IMG/VR virus record: IMGVR_UViG_3300035034_000461
Coordinates: 1 to 64,000 of that record
From: a virus
Length of the DNA: 64,000 nt
Strand: one strand, 5' to 3'
Shown: positions 1 to 10,646 of the stretch, piece by piece
How the letters are laid out: every line of letters begins with the position of its first letter
Position numbering within the stretch: position 1 is the stretch's first letter
Program-made: the position numbers and the translations under genes
Notes under the pieces: model-generated
What the model was told of the DNA's origin: nothing
Database searches by the model: none
What the model saw: the letters and a program-made list of their open reading frames with translations, nothing else

Positions 1-2
1 AT

Positions 3-1190
3 ATATTTGATCTATACACTACGGGTAGTATATCCATAGCTAATCCATACGATTACATTGAGGATGAATATCTATTGAGGGGGGATGGTAGGGATGAGTT
101 CTTAATTTCATTTGCACCCACCGACAGTCCCAAGGACAAGGTGGAATACACCTTCGTAATCCAAGACGATAGCAATGATGTGAATATTGAAGTTCGATCT
201 GAGAATATTAAGACATTCTCTTTGATTGAGAAGCATATAGTCCCATTCATGGATGAAATACCATACGGTAAGACATATTCTGGAAAGGTGGGGGAAATTG
301 TTAAAGAGATTTATAAAGAACTTCTTGGAGATGATGCAGTTAATGAGGGGAAATGGGAGGATGGTGATATGGAGATTTCATATACTCCTCCATTATCATT
401 CAGATATTTAGATCTCGTTCATTATCTCATGCGTTACTTCTATATGAAGGATGGAGATCTTCACGTAAAGGGTTTCATATCCAAAGATGATGAGGGTAAG
501 TTTCAGTTGCAGTCAATCGCCAAATTGTTTGAGGATAATAAAAAGAATCTCATGGAAGCCTTCGGTTTGGGAGATTTGACAGATGAAATTGAATTGAATA
601 ACCCCAATAACCCTCCACCCGATGGAGAAGTTGGGGAATATATAGGAAATCTCAAGAATTTATCATATTCAACTCCTCTATATGGATGGAATAACAATTA
701 TTTTATAAATTCCATGGTATATGGGTATGATTCCATTCTAGGGGAACATAAGATCAGGAAGTTACTTATTGATGATGTTCAGAAAAAATGGGAAAGTAAG
801 TTCGTGGAAGTGTTTAAGTCTAAAGGTGGTAAGCCGAAAGCGTTCCTAGTTAAAAATAAAACAACTTCTAAGAAATTTAAACATTACAAATCTCCATATC
901 CTGTGGAGGATACGTTGAAATTGGTGGAGGCTGAGATATATAACCAACTTACATTCTACAATTTACAATGCTCTTTTAATAATTTGGGAGACAGTCGGAG
1001 AATGTCGGGAAAGTTCATTGATATATTCAAGACGCAGGATGATATCACCAAATCCGACGAGAAGGTTCTCGGTAGATGGCTGGTAACTAAGATAAATCAT
1101 GTATTTTTGGGGGATGCTTACTATAACGAGTTCTACTGTTGTAAGACTTACGTTGGACCGAACTCTAATATCAAGAATGATGGCGATTAA
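3..1190 (+). CDS. Putative T4-like baseplate hub/tail protein, 5'-partial
   Basis: Frame is open to the window edge; C-terminal GRWLVTKINHVF...Y resembles the end of myovirus hub proteins. Confidence 0.45.
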   Translation: MFDLYTTGSISIANPYDYIEDEYLLRGDGRDEFLISFAPTDSPKDKVEYTFVIQDDSNDVNIEVRSENIKTFSLIEKHIVPFMDEIPYGKTYSGKVGEIVKEIYKELLGDDAVNEGKWEDGDMEISYTPPLSFRYLDLVHYLMRYFYMKDGDLHVKGFISKDDEGKFQLQSIAKLFEDNKKNLMEAFGLGDLTDEIELNNPNNPPPDGEVGEYIGNLKNLSYSTPLYGWNNNYFINSMVYGYDSILGEHKIRKLLIDDVQKKWESKFVEVFKSKGGKPKAFLVKNKTTSKKFKHYKSPYPVEDTLKLVEAEIYNQLTFYNLQCSFNNLGDSRRMSGKFIDIFKTQDDITKSDEKVLGRWLVTKINHVFLGDAYYNEFYCCKTYVGPNSNIKNDGD

Positions 1191-1198
1191 ATATAGAC

Positions 1199-1813
1199 AT
1201 GCAATCATTTATTAAATTTTTTTATGAAGATTTTAACGATCTAGGTAAATTGTCTCCCGAAAAATTGATCAGGGGTCAAAGGTTAGATCCCAGTGAGGTT
1301 GATAATTTTAAACAAGTCGATGGTCGTGTTTTCTATGATGCCCTAAAGCAAATCATCCAAAATGATAACTCTCGGGCTAATCCAGATCATATTTCTCACA
1401 AATTTTATAAAAACATAAAAGATAGTTTGTCGGTGTATGATATTTCTGATTATAAAAAAATGCGATGTTTTCTAGGTAAAAATAATTCCAGCGGGTTTGT
1501 TTTAAAAGATGGGGATGAGCTTATTTCTGTATTTTCTTCTTTAAATTCTTCTGGTAGTGCATTGGTCAAAGATGCGATGAAGGAAGGTGCTAGGAGACTA
1601 GATTGTTTTGCTACTCAGGATGAAAATGGTAATATTCAAAATGAAGGATTGGTTAAGTTGTATGGCCGACATGGGTTTCATATTGATGAAAATATGAATG
1701 ATGGAACTGCGGGGGAGGCTTATGCTATTCAAAATGGTATTTCATATTTTGTGGATGAGTCTGGTAACGTAGAACCCAAAAATCCTATGGTGGTGGTGTT
1801 CATGAAAATATAA
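1199..1813 (+). CDS. GNAT-like fold protein with capsid-targeting-like N-terminus
   Basis: GSALVKDAMKEGARRLDCF...LVKLYGRHGF is GNAT-like; starts MQSFIKFFYE; TAAATA just upstream. Confidence 0.45.
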   Translation: MQSFIKFFYEDFNDLGKLSPEKLIRGQRLDPSEVDNFKQVDGRVFYDALKQIIQNDNSRANPDHISHKFYKNIKDSLSVYDISDYKKMRCFLGKNNSSGFVLKDGDELISVFSSLNSSGSALVKDAMKEGARRLDCFATQDENGNIQNEGLVKLYGRHGFHIDENMNDGTAGEAYAIQNGISYFVDESGNVEPKNPMVVVFMKI

Positions 1814-1834
1814 AAACTAGAGTATAATGGCTAT

Positions 1835-2122
1835 ATGACAATTTTTTACCCAAAAAAATACAAGGGGAATCAAATATTTAAAGATGATTTGAATGTATTA
1901 TATTATGATGACATATTGATTTTATACAATGATGGATTTATAGACACTTTCTCTTTGATAATATCTCACTGTGATAATTCAGAGAAGCTGAATTACGAAA
2001 TCTATTATGATGATAGTAAACATACGATGACTACTAATATAGATTGTAGATACCCATCGAACAACATTAAACAATTATTAAATTGGTTCTCTGGTATGGA
2101 GGAACATATTACAACTTCGTAA
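1835..2122 (+). CDS. Hypothetical protein
   Basis: ATG at +24 of the element at 1811. Confidence 0.7.
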   Translation: MTIFYPKKYKGNQIFKDDLNVLYYDDILILYNDGFIDTFSLIISHCDNSEKLNYEIYYDDSKHTMTTNIDCRYPSNNIKQLLNWFSGMEEHITTS

Positions 2123-2156
2123 AAAGAAGAAATCGGTAAAATCTTTAAATATAAAT

Positions 2157-3074
2157 ATGAGAAATTCCGTAGAAACCCTCCGTGTTATTTGCTTCACCCG
2201 AGAAGATCTGGAGAATGTTACCAATTTGGGAGATGCATTCTCGGACATTGAGATTGATTTCATGGTGGAGTTTAAGAAGATTTATGAACTTGGATTGGGA
2301 CAGCTTGCGAAGTTTATCGATAAATTGGATGAGGAAGGTAAAGATCTAGATGTATACACCATTCAATATTATGTATACCTTCTATTGAATGGACCTTTGG
2401 GGTCACATACTAAAGAACTTTCAAAAGATAAGCAATATTTTTCCAGTATTCCGAATTCATTAGGATTTCCCGGCAACTTACAGAGCATATCAGCAAATAC
2501 CACATCCCTAGAGGGATATGCATACCCCCTAGGTTGTGAAGTTGGAATGTATAATAAATTGCCAGCATTCTTTCAGAAAAATATAAAAAATTCCACAGAT
2601 CAAACCGAGGAATTATTTCGATCCAGTGTTAGATCATCAACTCTTATAGATAATACCCTTCCTATAGCCGATAAAGCCCCTCAGAGTAGATATGATGAGG
2701 AGTATTTGGGGTTGTGGGTAACTAAGTCAAATGCTAGTTACATGGTCAAAGACTCTTATTTCTCTGCCGTGTTGAATAATGTGAGTTCTGATATATTCGA
2801 TGGAGTTGAAGAATTCTTAGGTGATGAAAATTTCAGAATTTATACAGATAGGAAAACATTCACTCAATTCTCGGATGAAAATGATTCAGTTGCTATTAAT
2901 AGTAAACAGGAGAAAAAAATCCAAGATGGGGAAGGGGAAGAGATAATCAATCTAGATCTTATGGGTGAGGTATTCGACAGCGTAGAACGTAGACAGAGTG
3001 TTCTCAAAGTATCCAACCCTGAGAAGGACAAGGAATACTTATTAAACAGCGTAGAGGGACAATTGGGTAGTTAG
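2157..3074 (+). CDS. Hypothetical late/structural protein
   Basis: 305-aa ORF; TATAAATA overlaps the start. Confidence 0.65.
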   Translation: MRNSVETLRVICFTREDLENVTNLGDAFSDIEIDFMVEFKKIYELGLGQLAKFIDKLDEEGKDLDVYTIQYYVYLLLNGPLGSHTKELSKDKQYFSSIPNSLGFPGNLQSISANTTSLEGYAYPLGCEVGMYNKLPAFFQKNIKNSTDQTEELFRSSVRSSTLIDNTLPIADKAPQSRYDEEYLGLWVTKSNASYMVKDSYFSAVLNNVSSDIFDGVEEFLGDENFRIYTDRKTFTQFSDENDSVAINSKQEKKIQDGEGEEIINLDLMGEVFDSVERRQSVLKVSNPEKDKEYLLNSVEGQLGS

Positions 3075-3556
3075 ATATCTACAGTTGGGGGGTCTATTGT
3101 GTCGTTTTTTTTATCATCGGTCTTATTCATCAAAGCTTTGATGACATCTTCGCGTGATACGAGGAATCCAGAATTATCTTTCTCATTTTTATTATTCGCT
3201 TGAGCATCAATATTCATCTGAGTGACTTCCTTTTGAGTTATATTTTTATTATCTGCGATTTTTTTCTTTTGTAGAAAATCCATGGCAGACTTAACTGCAT
3301 TAGTTAAAGTTGCAAAGCTTTGCATTTCTTGGGGGGTTTGGATAGTATCTTTTAGGTGAGTCATAGTATCTTGGGAGTCCACAATTAATTGAATAGCTCT
3401 TTCGCGTAGAAAGTCATCCAACCCATCTTCGGATATTTCAGGATACACTGATTTCGGCTTACTTAGCCCCTGTGATTGATTTTTGATCTGAGATATAATA
3501 CTTTCAATATCATCATCCACCCCACCATCTTCACTATAATAATCACTCATTTCCAT
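3071..3556 (-). CDS. Possible terminase small subunit (T4 gp16-like architecture)
   Basis: Helical core, N/K-rich linker, FLVSREDVIKAL tail; TAAATA upstream on the minus strand; function tentative. Confidence 0.35.
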   Translation of the reverse strand: MEMSDYYSEDGGVDDDIESIISQIKNQSQGLSKPKSVYPEISEDGLDDFLRERAIQLIVDSQDTMTHLKDTIQTPQEMQSFATLTNAVKSAMDFLQKKKIADNKNITQKEVTQMNIDAQANNKNEKDNSGFLVSREDVIKALMNKTDDKKNDTIDPPTVDI

Positions 3557-3599
3557 TATTTAACTTGATTTTTGTTTATCACAAGGTAAGATAAGGGAA

Positions 3600-4595
3600 A
3601 TGACTAATCTAGATTCATCTAATATTTTAATCACGGGAGGCTCGGGGTTCATTGGAAGCAATTTCATCGAACTGATATCTTCAAAATATGGAAATATGCA
3701 TATTGTCAATATAGACAAGGAGGGAGTTGGATCTAGAGATTTAAGAGATTTAGATTTTGGGAGTAATCGGTATACGCACATTTCCACTGATATTAGATCG
3801 TTAGATTATATGTATTTGGGTAATTTAACTTTACCAGATGTGAAATACGATTATGTGTTTCACTTTGCGGCGGAGTCCCATGTGGATCGAAGTATTACAA
3901 GTCCGTCGGAATTTATTTCTAATAATGTTTTGGGTATGACCGCTCTATTAGATTATATCAAAGATCATCATCCAACTGCTAGAATTATTAACGTCTCAAC
4001 AGATGAGGTGTATGGCCATCTGGAGGTGGATGGTGATCCATTCACTGAAGAGTCCCCCATTGCCCCCAGAAGCCCGTATTCAGCGTCCAAGGCATCTGCC
4101 GACATAATTGCCAAGTCATATGTCGAAACATATGGAATGGACATCATAACGACAAGATGTTGTAATAATTATGGAGCGCATCAGTGTGATGAAAAGTTTA
4201 TTCCTACTGTCATTAGAAATCTGGTAAATGAAACTAAAGTTCCTTTATATGGAACGGGGGAGAATGTCAGAGAATGGATTCATGTCGATGATCATAATAA
4301 AAGTTTGTTAGAAATCTGTGAAGTGGGGGAATCCGGTGGAGTATATAATATCGGAAGTGGGGTGGAAAAGACCAATCATGATATTATCGGGGAAATTATT
4401 AGATATATATTCCCCTATTTGTGGGCATTTCGCTGTGATGATTATATTGAATATGTGGAAGATAGAAAGGGACATGATTTTCGATACGCAATTGAATCTT
4501 TATACTATAAAAGAAATTTTAAGTTGACTTCCTTCGATGATGGGTTACAATCAACTGTAGAACATTACAAATTGAAATATGGTAAAAATAACTAA
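3600..4595 (+). CDS. rfbB: dTDP-glucose 4,6-dehydratase
   Basis: ITGGSGFIGSNF, HFAAESHVDRSI, STDEVYG, YSASK, NNYG, VREWIHVDDH, DRKGHDFRY motifs. Confidence 0.95.
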   Translation: MTNLDSSNILITGGSGFIGSNFIELISSKYGNMHIVNIDKEGVGSRDLRDLDFGSNRYTHISTDIRSLDYMYLGNLTLPDVKYDYVFHFAAESHVDRSITSPSEFISNNVLGMTALLDYIKDHHPTARIINVSTDEVYGHLEVDGDPFTEESPIAPRSPYSASKASADIIAKSYVETYGMDIITTRCCNNYGAHQCDEKFIPTVIRNLVNETKVPLYGTGENVREWIHVDDHNKSLLEICEVGESGGVYNIGSGVEKTNHDIIGEIIRYIFPYLWAFRCDDYIEYVEDRKGHDFRYAIESLYYKRNFKLTSFDDGLQSTVEHYKLKYGKNN

Positions 4596-4908
4596 AATTG
4601 AAATTCCCGAAGGCGCACTGGTTCAAAGTGCTGATTCCGTCGATGAATATAGGGAGTCTTTATTGGACTCACTCTTCACATATAGTGATGATCATCTATC
4701 CCCCAGTTTGGGGTATTGGGCGGCGGGTATTCTCATCGAAGACATTGAAGTCGGTAAGCCTTTACAAATGATGAGACATATTAGGAACGATGTAAATGTT
4801 TCTGGTCTATTTCAAACTTCTCCAATTGTCGAAATTGGAGATGGTTATTTCGCGACTAAAAACAGTATTTATAAAATTGAGGAATATGAAGAAACCGATG
4901 AACTTTAA
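4579..4908 (+). CDS. Hypothetical protein
   Basis: Overlaps the rfbB stop; TKNSIYKI tail. Confidence 0.6.
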   Translation: MVKITKIEIPEGALVQSADSVDEYRESLLDSLFTYSDDHLSPSLGYWAAGILIEDIEVGKPLQMMRHIRNDVNVSGLFQTSPIVEIGDGYFATKNSIYKIEEYEETDEL

Positions 4909-5060
4909 AGTCTTTGACACGGATAGTGGTCACTACATTTCCCACACCTTCATAGGTGAAAATGGGAAGGTTTATGTCTTCGATGAAATGACGGGGGATC
5001 TGACTAAGGATAATACTGATAATTATATCATCGAATGGGAAGACTGTTCGGTAAATACAG

Positions 5061-6143
5061 GTGAAAAATAAATTTATGACACATATAAAGCAACAAGTAA
5101 TAAAAGCTAGATTGGAAGACGGTTTGACCTATTCCAAGATTAAAGACATCTACGGTGTCGCAAAATCAACAGCACAAGATTGGGTTAATGCGTATCAAGA
5201 AGACGACGGCTCCAATTCTGGTGATGTCGTAGTTGGTTACGTGAATGAAAATATCCAGCGGACTAAACCTACTCGATTCAAGAGATCTGAGGAGGAAGTG
5301 TTGGAACTTATCAACAACCTAGCCCCAATCAAGTTACCTACTCCTGTTTTCGAGAATTCAAAATCCAAACTAGCGGACTATGCAGTAGTATTCTCAGATC
5401 TTCACTTCCCTCTGCAATGTGAGAAAACCGTGAATATTGTTTTGGAGACGATTCGCAGAATCCAACCTAATACAATTGTTATTAATGGTGATAGCTGTGA
5501 TATTCTAGCTCTTTCTAGATTTCCAAAGGATATCAACAAGAATTATAGTCTTCTAACTGAACGAGAAGAGTATCATAAGTTCCTGCATCGCTTAATCGAA
5601 GCTAGTAATGGTGCGAAGATATATGAAACAAATGCGAATCACTCATCTGGTGGTCCAGAATCTCGTTGGTTGCGTTACCTATCGGAACGTATTCCAGAAC
5701 TTGGATGTCTTCCTGAAGTGATGAAGCATCTAACATACGAAAATATATTTTTGGGGGATTTCCAGAAATACGTAGAAGTCGTAGATATGGTAGATCTTAA
5801 TGGTCTTCATATTCTACACGGAACTACTGTTCGTAAAAATGCGGGATCTTCTGTTATGGGAGAAATTGAAAAATATAAAGCATCTATTATGATGGGACAT
5901 GTTCACCGAGTTGGTAGTGTGTCGGTTCGTCTTCCCGGGATCGGTAAGCGAAAAGAGGCTCAATTGTTCGGCTATGAAATCGGATGCTGCTGTGATCTTC
6001 GTCCTGTGTATTGTTCTTACCCCAATTGGTCTAATGGATTCGCCATTGTCGCTTTGGGAGATGATGGGTTCGGAGTTGAACTCGTATCCGTAGTAGATGG
6101 TAAGGCAACAATATCCAGCCTAGGAGAAACCTTACATGGATAA
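5061..6143 (+). CDS. Calcineurin-like metallophosphoesterase with N-terminal HTH
   Basis: SDLHFP, NGD..D, NH, HG and GHVHR motifs; LTYSKIKDIYGVAKSTAQDW HTH. Confidence 0.85.
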   Translation: MKNKFMTHIKQQVIKARLEDGLTYSKIKDIYGVAKSTAQDWVNAYQEDDGSNSGDVVVGYVNENIQRTKPTRFKRSEEEVLELINNLAPIKLPTPVFENSKSKLADYAVVFSDLHFPLQCEKTVNIVLETIRRIQPNTIVINGDSCDILALSRFPKDINKNYSLLTEREEYHKFLHRLIEASNGAKIYETNANHSSGGPESRWLRYLSERIPELGCLPEVMKHLTYENIFLGDFQKYVEVVDMVDLNGLHILHGTTVRKNAGSSVMGEIEKYKASIMMGHVHRVGSVSVRLPGIGKRKEAQLFGYEIGCCCDLRPVYCSYPNWSNGFAIVALGDDGFGVELVSVVDGKATISSLGETLHG

Positions 6144-6184
6144 ATTCTGGATAATATGCTTCCTCGATATCGTTAAATAGGGTA

Positions 6185-6796
6185 ATGCTGATTAAAATAT
6201 TACTGATGTTCATAGCGATCCCCATATTTATATGTGAATCCGCGACAACTTTCAACGAAAACTTCGATACTTCGAATTCCTACCCTTCGGGGTGGGATAG
6301 GAGTGGGGATACCGCCGTTCTTGTTGATAGTTCTATAGCTAGAAGTGGGTCTAATTACATATCCATGGGAACTAGAGATTCTAACAGTGCGACGACTCCG
6401 ATGATTGACCTCACGGGGGCGACAACCTCGACAATCTCTTTCTATTGGACTACTACGGGAACTTACGTCTCTGCTCATGGTCGCTTTCCACAGATCCAAT
6501 ATAGTAACGATGGAAATACTTTCGCCACCATCGGGACTATCAGTGTGCCATCGTCTAACTCTTCTAACCCAAGACCTTATACATACTTCACTGAGACTAT
6601 TGAGTTAATTGGTGGTTATGCGTTTACCGCTAATAGTGTGTTTAGGGTTGTGGGAGATAATGACGTAGGTGGTGGAAATGCCCCCCTCATATTCGATGAC
6701 TTCTCAGTGACTTCAAATGCTATCGGCGTCCCAGAGCCTTCATCCACTGTCATGCTTATCATCGGTGGAATGATGTCAATGATTCGTCGTAGATAA
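6185..6796 (+). CDS. PEP-CTERM sorting-domain exoprotein
   Basis: Hydrophobic signal peptide; C-terminal VPEPSS-hydrophobic helix-RRR. Confidence 0.9.
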   Translation: MLIKILLMFIAIPIFICESATTFNENFDTSNSYPSGWDRSGDTAVLVDSSIARSGSNYISMGTRDSNSATTPMIDLTGATTSTISFYWTTTGTYVSAHGRFPQIQYSNDGNTFATIGTISVPSSNSSNPRPYTYFTETIELIGGYAFTANSVFRVVGDNDVGGGNAPLIFDDFSVTSNAIGVPEPSSTVMLIIGGMMSMIRRR

Positions 6797-6801
6797 ATAA
6801 T

Positions 6802-7626
6802 ATGATGATAGACTTTAAGACATTTTTAGAACGCAGAGAAAGAAATCCTCTAAGAAAGCGAGAGCTGGAGGATTCCGATCGTGTCGATAATAAGGAATGG
6901 GTCGATGATTATATCGAGGGTAAATCTAAAGAAGAAATTGAACAAATAAAAGCTGATCACCTATCCCCCACAATTGGAGAAGAACATAAGCTTCTTTTTA
7001 ACCGATCAGGAGTTAGAGTATACACCGATAAATACGTGACAGTAGACCATGACGAAGGATCGGAAGTGTATCGTCTGATGCTGGAACATGTCAACATACT
7101 TCTCGGGCGAAAGAATACGACACACAACGATGGGTCATATAGTTTTAGAGATATTTTACCAAATAGAAAACCAAAGGTTGTTATAACCGACTTCGCCCGT
7201 AATCCAATTGCTAGTGGGGTTCGTGAGGCGGCTGGATTTTACTACCGTAAAATCATTTTCTTAGATCAGAATAGTCTCGATCACAAGCATTTATTGATCC
7301 ACGAATATGCCCATTTTCTCGCATTTTCCATACCAGCAAGGAGTAAAAAAATACTAGAACAAGCTTATAAAAATCTTCTAGATGAATATTATATTATGAT
7401 CAATAAGAAAAAGACTCGTAGAAAAGCATTGGAGGGGGATAGAAACGAGGGGGAGCGTGTGAAGGTTGCGAAATACTTGGGTCTTCCAAGTAGTTACGCA
7501 GCAACCAATTTTGATGAGTGGTTTGCTGAATTTATCTCACATTGGAGATCCTTCAAGCAGAAGCCTCAAACTAAGGAATGGTATCGGATGAAGCAACTGG
7601 TAAAAAAGGTCTTGTTTTCCTTATAA
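6802..7626 (+). CDS. Zincin-like (HExxH) metallopeptidase-domain protein
   Basis: LIHEYAH...YAATNFDEWFAE; starts MIDFKTFLE; TAAATA upstream. Confidence 0.7.
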   Translation: MMIDFKTFLERRERNPLRKRELEDSDRVDNKEWVDDYIEGKSKEEIEQIKADHLSPTIGEEHKLLFNRSGVRVYTDKYVTVDHDEGSEVYRLMLEHVNILLGRKNTTHNDGSYSFRDILPNRKPKVVITDFARNPIASGVREAAGFYYRKIIFLDQNSLDHKHLLIHEYAHFLAFSIPARSKKILEQAYKNLLDEYYIMINKKKTRRKALEGDRNEGERVKVAKYLGLPSSYAATNFDEWFAEFISHWRSFKQKPQTKEWYRMKQLVKKVLFSL

Positions 7627-7884
7627 ACTTATAAAATATAATAGACATGGAATACAGTAAAAATAAAAAATATAAATTATAAAAATGAAATACGAAGGAA
7701 CAATTGATGGTTATTCATTCATCTCAACGGATGAAGATGTGATCGAGGTTTGGGAGAATATGACGGAGGATCATCCATTCTCATACATCTACCTAAGAGA
7801 AGGTGGATTGAGGGATGAGAAGGATTTTCACTACGAAATTATGGATTGGGTTGCACATAATAAAAACTAGGATATACTGTGGAC

Positions 7885-8772
7885 ATGAAATACAAAATAC
7901 GCGGGATCGGTGGGGATTGTAATAATGGGTATTATATTACTGATAGTGAAAAATCTTCTACTCAATATATGCACAAAGATAGTGGACTATTCCACCCAAG
8001 TTGTGGGTCGGAAAATTTCTTCAAAACAAAAGAAGAAGCGGAAGAGTGTCTAATCAAATACGGATATATGACAAAAAATAAATTTGGATTTCCTGATGAC
8101 TACCCTCAACCTCCAGAACTTCCGAGAGGTAAGAAATATATTGATCGGGGATGGGGCTGGAGATGTGATAGGAGATGTGAAATCGTAATAGCATCAAAAA
8201 ATAAGAATGGTTGGGGTAATCCAGTCTCCCAGGCTGGAACCGCTGGACTTTCATTTATGTATTATCTAGAAGTCGTGGATGAACCAATTGAAAAAATGAA
8301 AGAAAAGACTATTGCACAACAACTAAACATCACTAAGTTTCCCTTTATCATCAAGGATGACAACGGATGGGAAACCTATTATGAATCCTCAAAGGGAAAT
8401 TGGTCGAGGCATGAATACGATACTAAAGGTAATATAACATACTACGAAAATTCTAGACCATATTGGGTAAAAACGGAATATGATGCTGAAGGTAAGCAAA
8501 CATACTACGAAAATTCGAGGGGGGATATTGTCGATGATCGTTCTCCGATCACTTCTAAAATGAATGATGATATTGAAGTAGTGAAGAAATTTATCAATGA
8601 ATCCACCAAAGCTCAGGAAGAGTGTTATAATACTCTTACGAAAGAGATTAACCTCACTGAACATGGTAATGATTGGCTGTTTGATTATATCTACAATGAT
8701 GGTTTATCATATGATTCTTGGGAAGGATATCTCAAAAATTATAACATGAAACCTGATAATTTATTCAAATGA
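7885..8772 (+). CDS. Mosaic protein containing one divergent KTIAQQL/21-aa-repeat module
   Basis: ATG at +24 of the element at 7861; internal KTIAQQLNITKFPFIIKD plus EYD repeats. Confidence 0.75.
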   Translation: MKYKIRGIGGDCNNGYYITDSEKSSTQYMHKDSGLFHPSCGSENFFKTKEEAEECLIKYGYMTKNKFGFPDDYPQPPELPRGKKYIDRGWGWRCDRRCEIVIASKNKNGWGNPVSQAGTAGLSFMYYLEVVDEPIEKMKEKTIAQQLNITKFPFIIKDDNGWETYYESSKGNWSRHEYDTKGNITYYENSRPYWVKTEYDAEGKQTYYENSRGDIVDDRSPITSKMNDDIEVVKKFINESTKAQEECYNTLTKEINLTEHGNDWLFDYIYNDGLSYDSWEGYLKNYNMKPDNLFK

Positions 8773-8794
8773 AAGACAGAATATCATAAACACT

Positions 8795-9115
8795 ATGAAA
8801 ACATTTTTACAATTTTTGACCGAGGATCTGTCTCCTGAAACTGTGGAAGCTCTTGGGGGTTATGAAAATTTTCCTCCAAATCAACCATCTCCAAATGAGG
8901 AGGAGTATTATGATAATATCGAATTTCTGGACTTTAAGCATTACATGTCAGAGCAGATTGCTACCGTATCAGAATACATTGCCTCTCAGGGCATCACAGA
9001 GCAAGATCATATCAAACAAGCACTTAATGACGCATTTATGAAACCCGAGATTCAGAGGGCATTCCGGCTTCATTATGCAACCCAATTCCCCGATAAAGTT
9101 AATGAAAAACGATAA
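8795..9115 (+). CDS. Hypothetical protein with capsid-targeting-like N-terminus
   Basis: Starts MKTFLQFLTE. Confidence 0.65.
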   Translation: MKTFLQFLTEDLSPETVEALGGYENFPPNQPSPNEEEYYDNIEFLDFKHYMSEQIATVSEYIASQGITEQDHIKQALNDAFMKPEIQRAFRLHYATQFPDKVNEKR

Positions 9116-9608
9116 TAGACCGTTTGGAGAACTTCCCGAGAGTGACTTGTCATATGAGGAAAAGGGTGCTATAATGACTTTGTTAGAAATCCCGAAAATG
9201 TCACAAACCAATCAAGATAAATTTTCCCAATGTCGGAAGATGTCGGAGATTATTTTAGAACTGACTAATAGGGGGATAATCACAACTAAAAATAATGAAA
9301 TGACTATTAAGTTACCAGAAGAGAAAGATAAAGATTTTTGGGAAGTGGAAACCTACGACGATAATGATAATCCAATTTATACATCAAAATCTACATATGA
9401 ATTGGAGGAAGATGGAAGTGGTGCTTATCAGTGGAGGATTCATCCCAAACTTGTTGATATGAAAATCATTTGGGTTAATGAGAGTGATAAAGATATCAAT
9501 TTTGGAAATGAAGAGTGCTTTGATTCCATGGAAGATGCTGAAGAGTATTTCCGAGGATTAAATGCAGAAATGCTTGAGCAAATTCAAAAGGAATTATATT
9601 ATGAGTGA
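9102..9608 (+). CDS. Hypothetical protein
   Basis: Acidic ORF overlapping the upstream stop. Confidence 0.55.
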   Translation: MKNDNRPFGELPESDLSYEEKGAIMTLLEIPKMSQTNQDKFSQCRKMSEIILELTNRGIITTKNNEMTIKLPEEKDKDFWEVETYDDNDNPIYTSKSTYELEEDGSGAYQWRIHPKLVDMKIIWVNESDKDINFGNEECFDSMEDAEEYFRGLNAEMLEQIQKELYYE

Positions 9609-10068
9609 GCAGTGGGAAGGCGGCAAGGGGGACAAAAATCGGGTCGCGGATCATAAAGCGTTCTGCGATAATTATGACTTGATTTTTAAAAAAGATATAT
9701 TACCATATGCGACGGAGATCTTGAATATTGATCCAAATCTGAAAAATATAGAAATATTAAAAGAAAAAGAAAAAGAAAATGACAATTAATCAAATTATAG
9801 AATTTGTGGAGTTTGATCAAAGTGTAGAAGGACTTCGAGAAACCTTGGAAGAATTTGCATCCGATTCGTATATCATGGGATATGATGATCGTAGGATTGA
9901 GGAAGAGGAAGAACGCGCCTATTATGCTGGATTTTCCGCATATGGTAAGAGGGAGGATTGGGAGTGATGCGGAGAATCACCATTTTTCCCAAACTGGCTA
10001 CCACAGGGTCAATGCTATTGTTGTGAATGCGCTTGTGAATATTGGATGGAGGAAGATGAAGAGGAGGA

Positions 10069-10632
10069 GTGATGGAAAAAGTTAAAAGATATTACGCTGG
10101 AATTGGATCGAGAAGCGTTCCGACTGTTATTACCAATCATATGACCGACATTGCAGGTCAGTTGGAGAAGGTGGGGCTTACCTTAAGGTCTGGAAATGCG
10201 GCGGGGAGTGATCAGGCTTTTGCGAAGGGAGTGGAGAAAGCTCAAATATGGCTACCCCACCATGAATTTAATTACGACGATAGGAACCCCAATCATGATT
10301 ATAAATTGGTTGGATATGATGATGAGGAAGCTATCGAATCAGTATCTAAGTTTCACCCTAAACCTTCGGCATTGGGAGACTTTGGATTATCGGCGATGGC
10401 ACGAAATTTCAGACAATTGATGGGATTAAATGAACCCGATTCGGAATTCGTTATATGTTGGACACCGGATGGTAAAGATTCGGGTGGGACGGGTCAAGCG
10501 ATTCGTATTGCCAATCATTATGATATCCCCGTGTTCAATTTATACAATACTGATGCAGAAGAGATCATGAATCAGATTTGTTTCATGGAAAGAATACGAG
10601 AAGGGGGAAATCCTTGGAGTAGTAAAAACTAG
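10069..10632 (+). CDS. DprA/Smf-like (SLOG) Rossmann-fold protein
   Basis: YAGIGSR, LRSGNAAGSDQAF, RN, SGGTGQAIRIA motifs. Confidence 0.8.
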   Translation: MMEKVKRYYAGIGSRSVPTVITNHMTDIAGQLEKVGLTLRSGNAAGSDQAFAKGVEKAQIWLPHHEFNYDDRNPNHDYKLVGYDDEEAIESVSKFHPKPSALGDFGLSAMARNFRQLMGLNEPDSEFVICWTPDGKDSGGTGQAIRIANHYDIPVFNLYNTDAEEIMNQICFMERIREGGNPWSSKN

Positions 10633-10646
10633 GATACAATAAAAAC

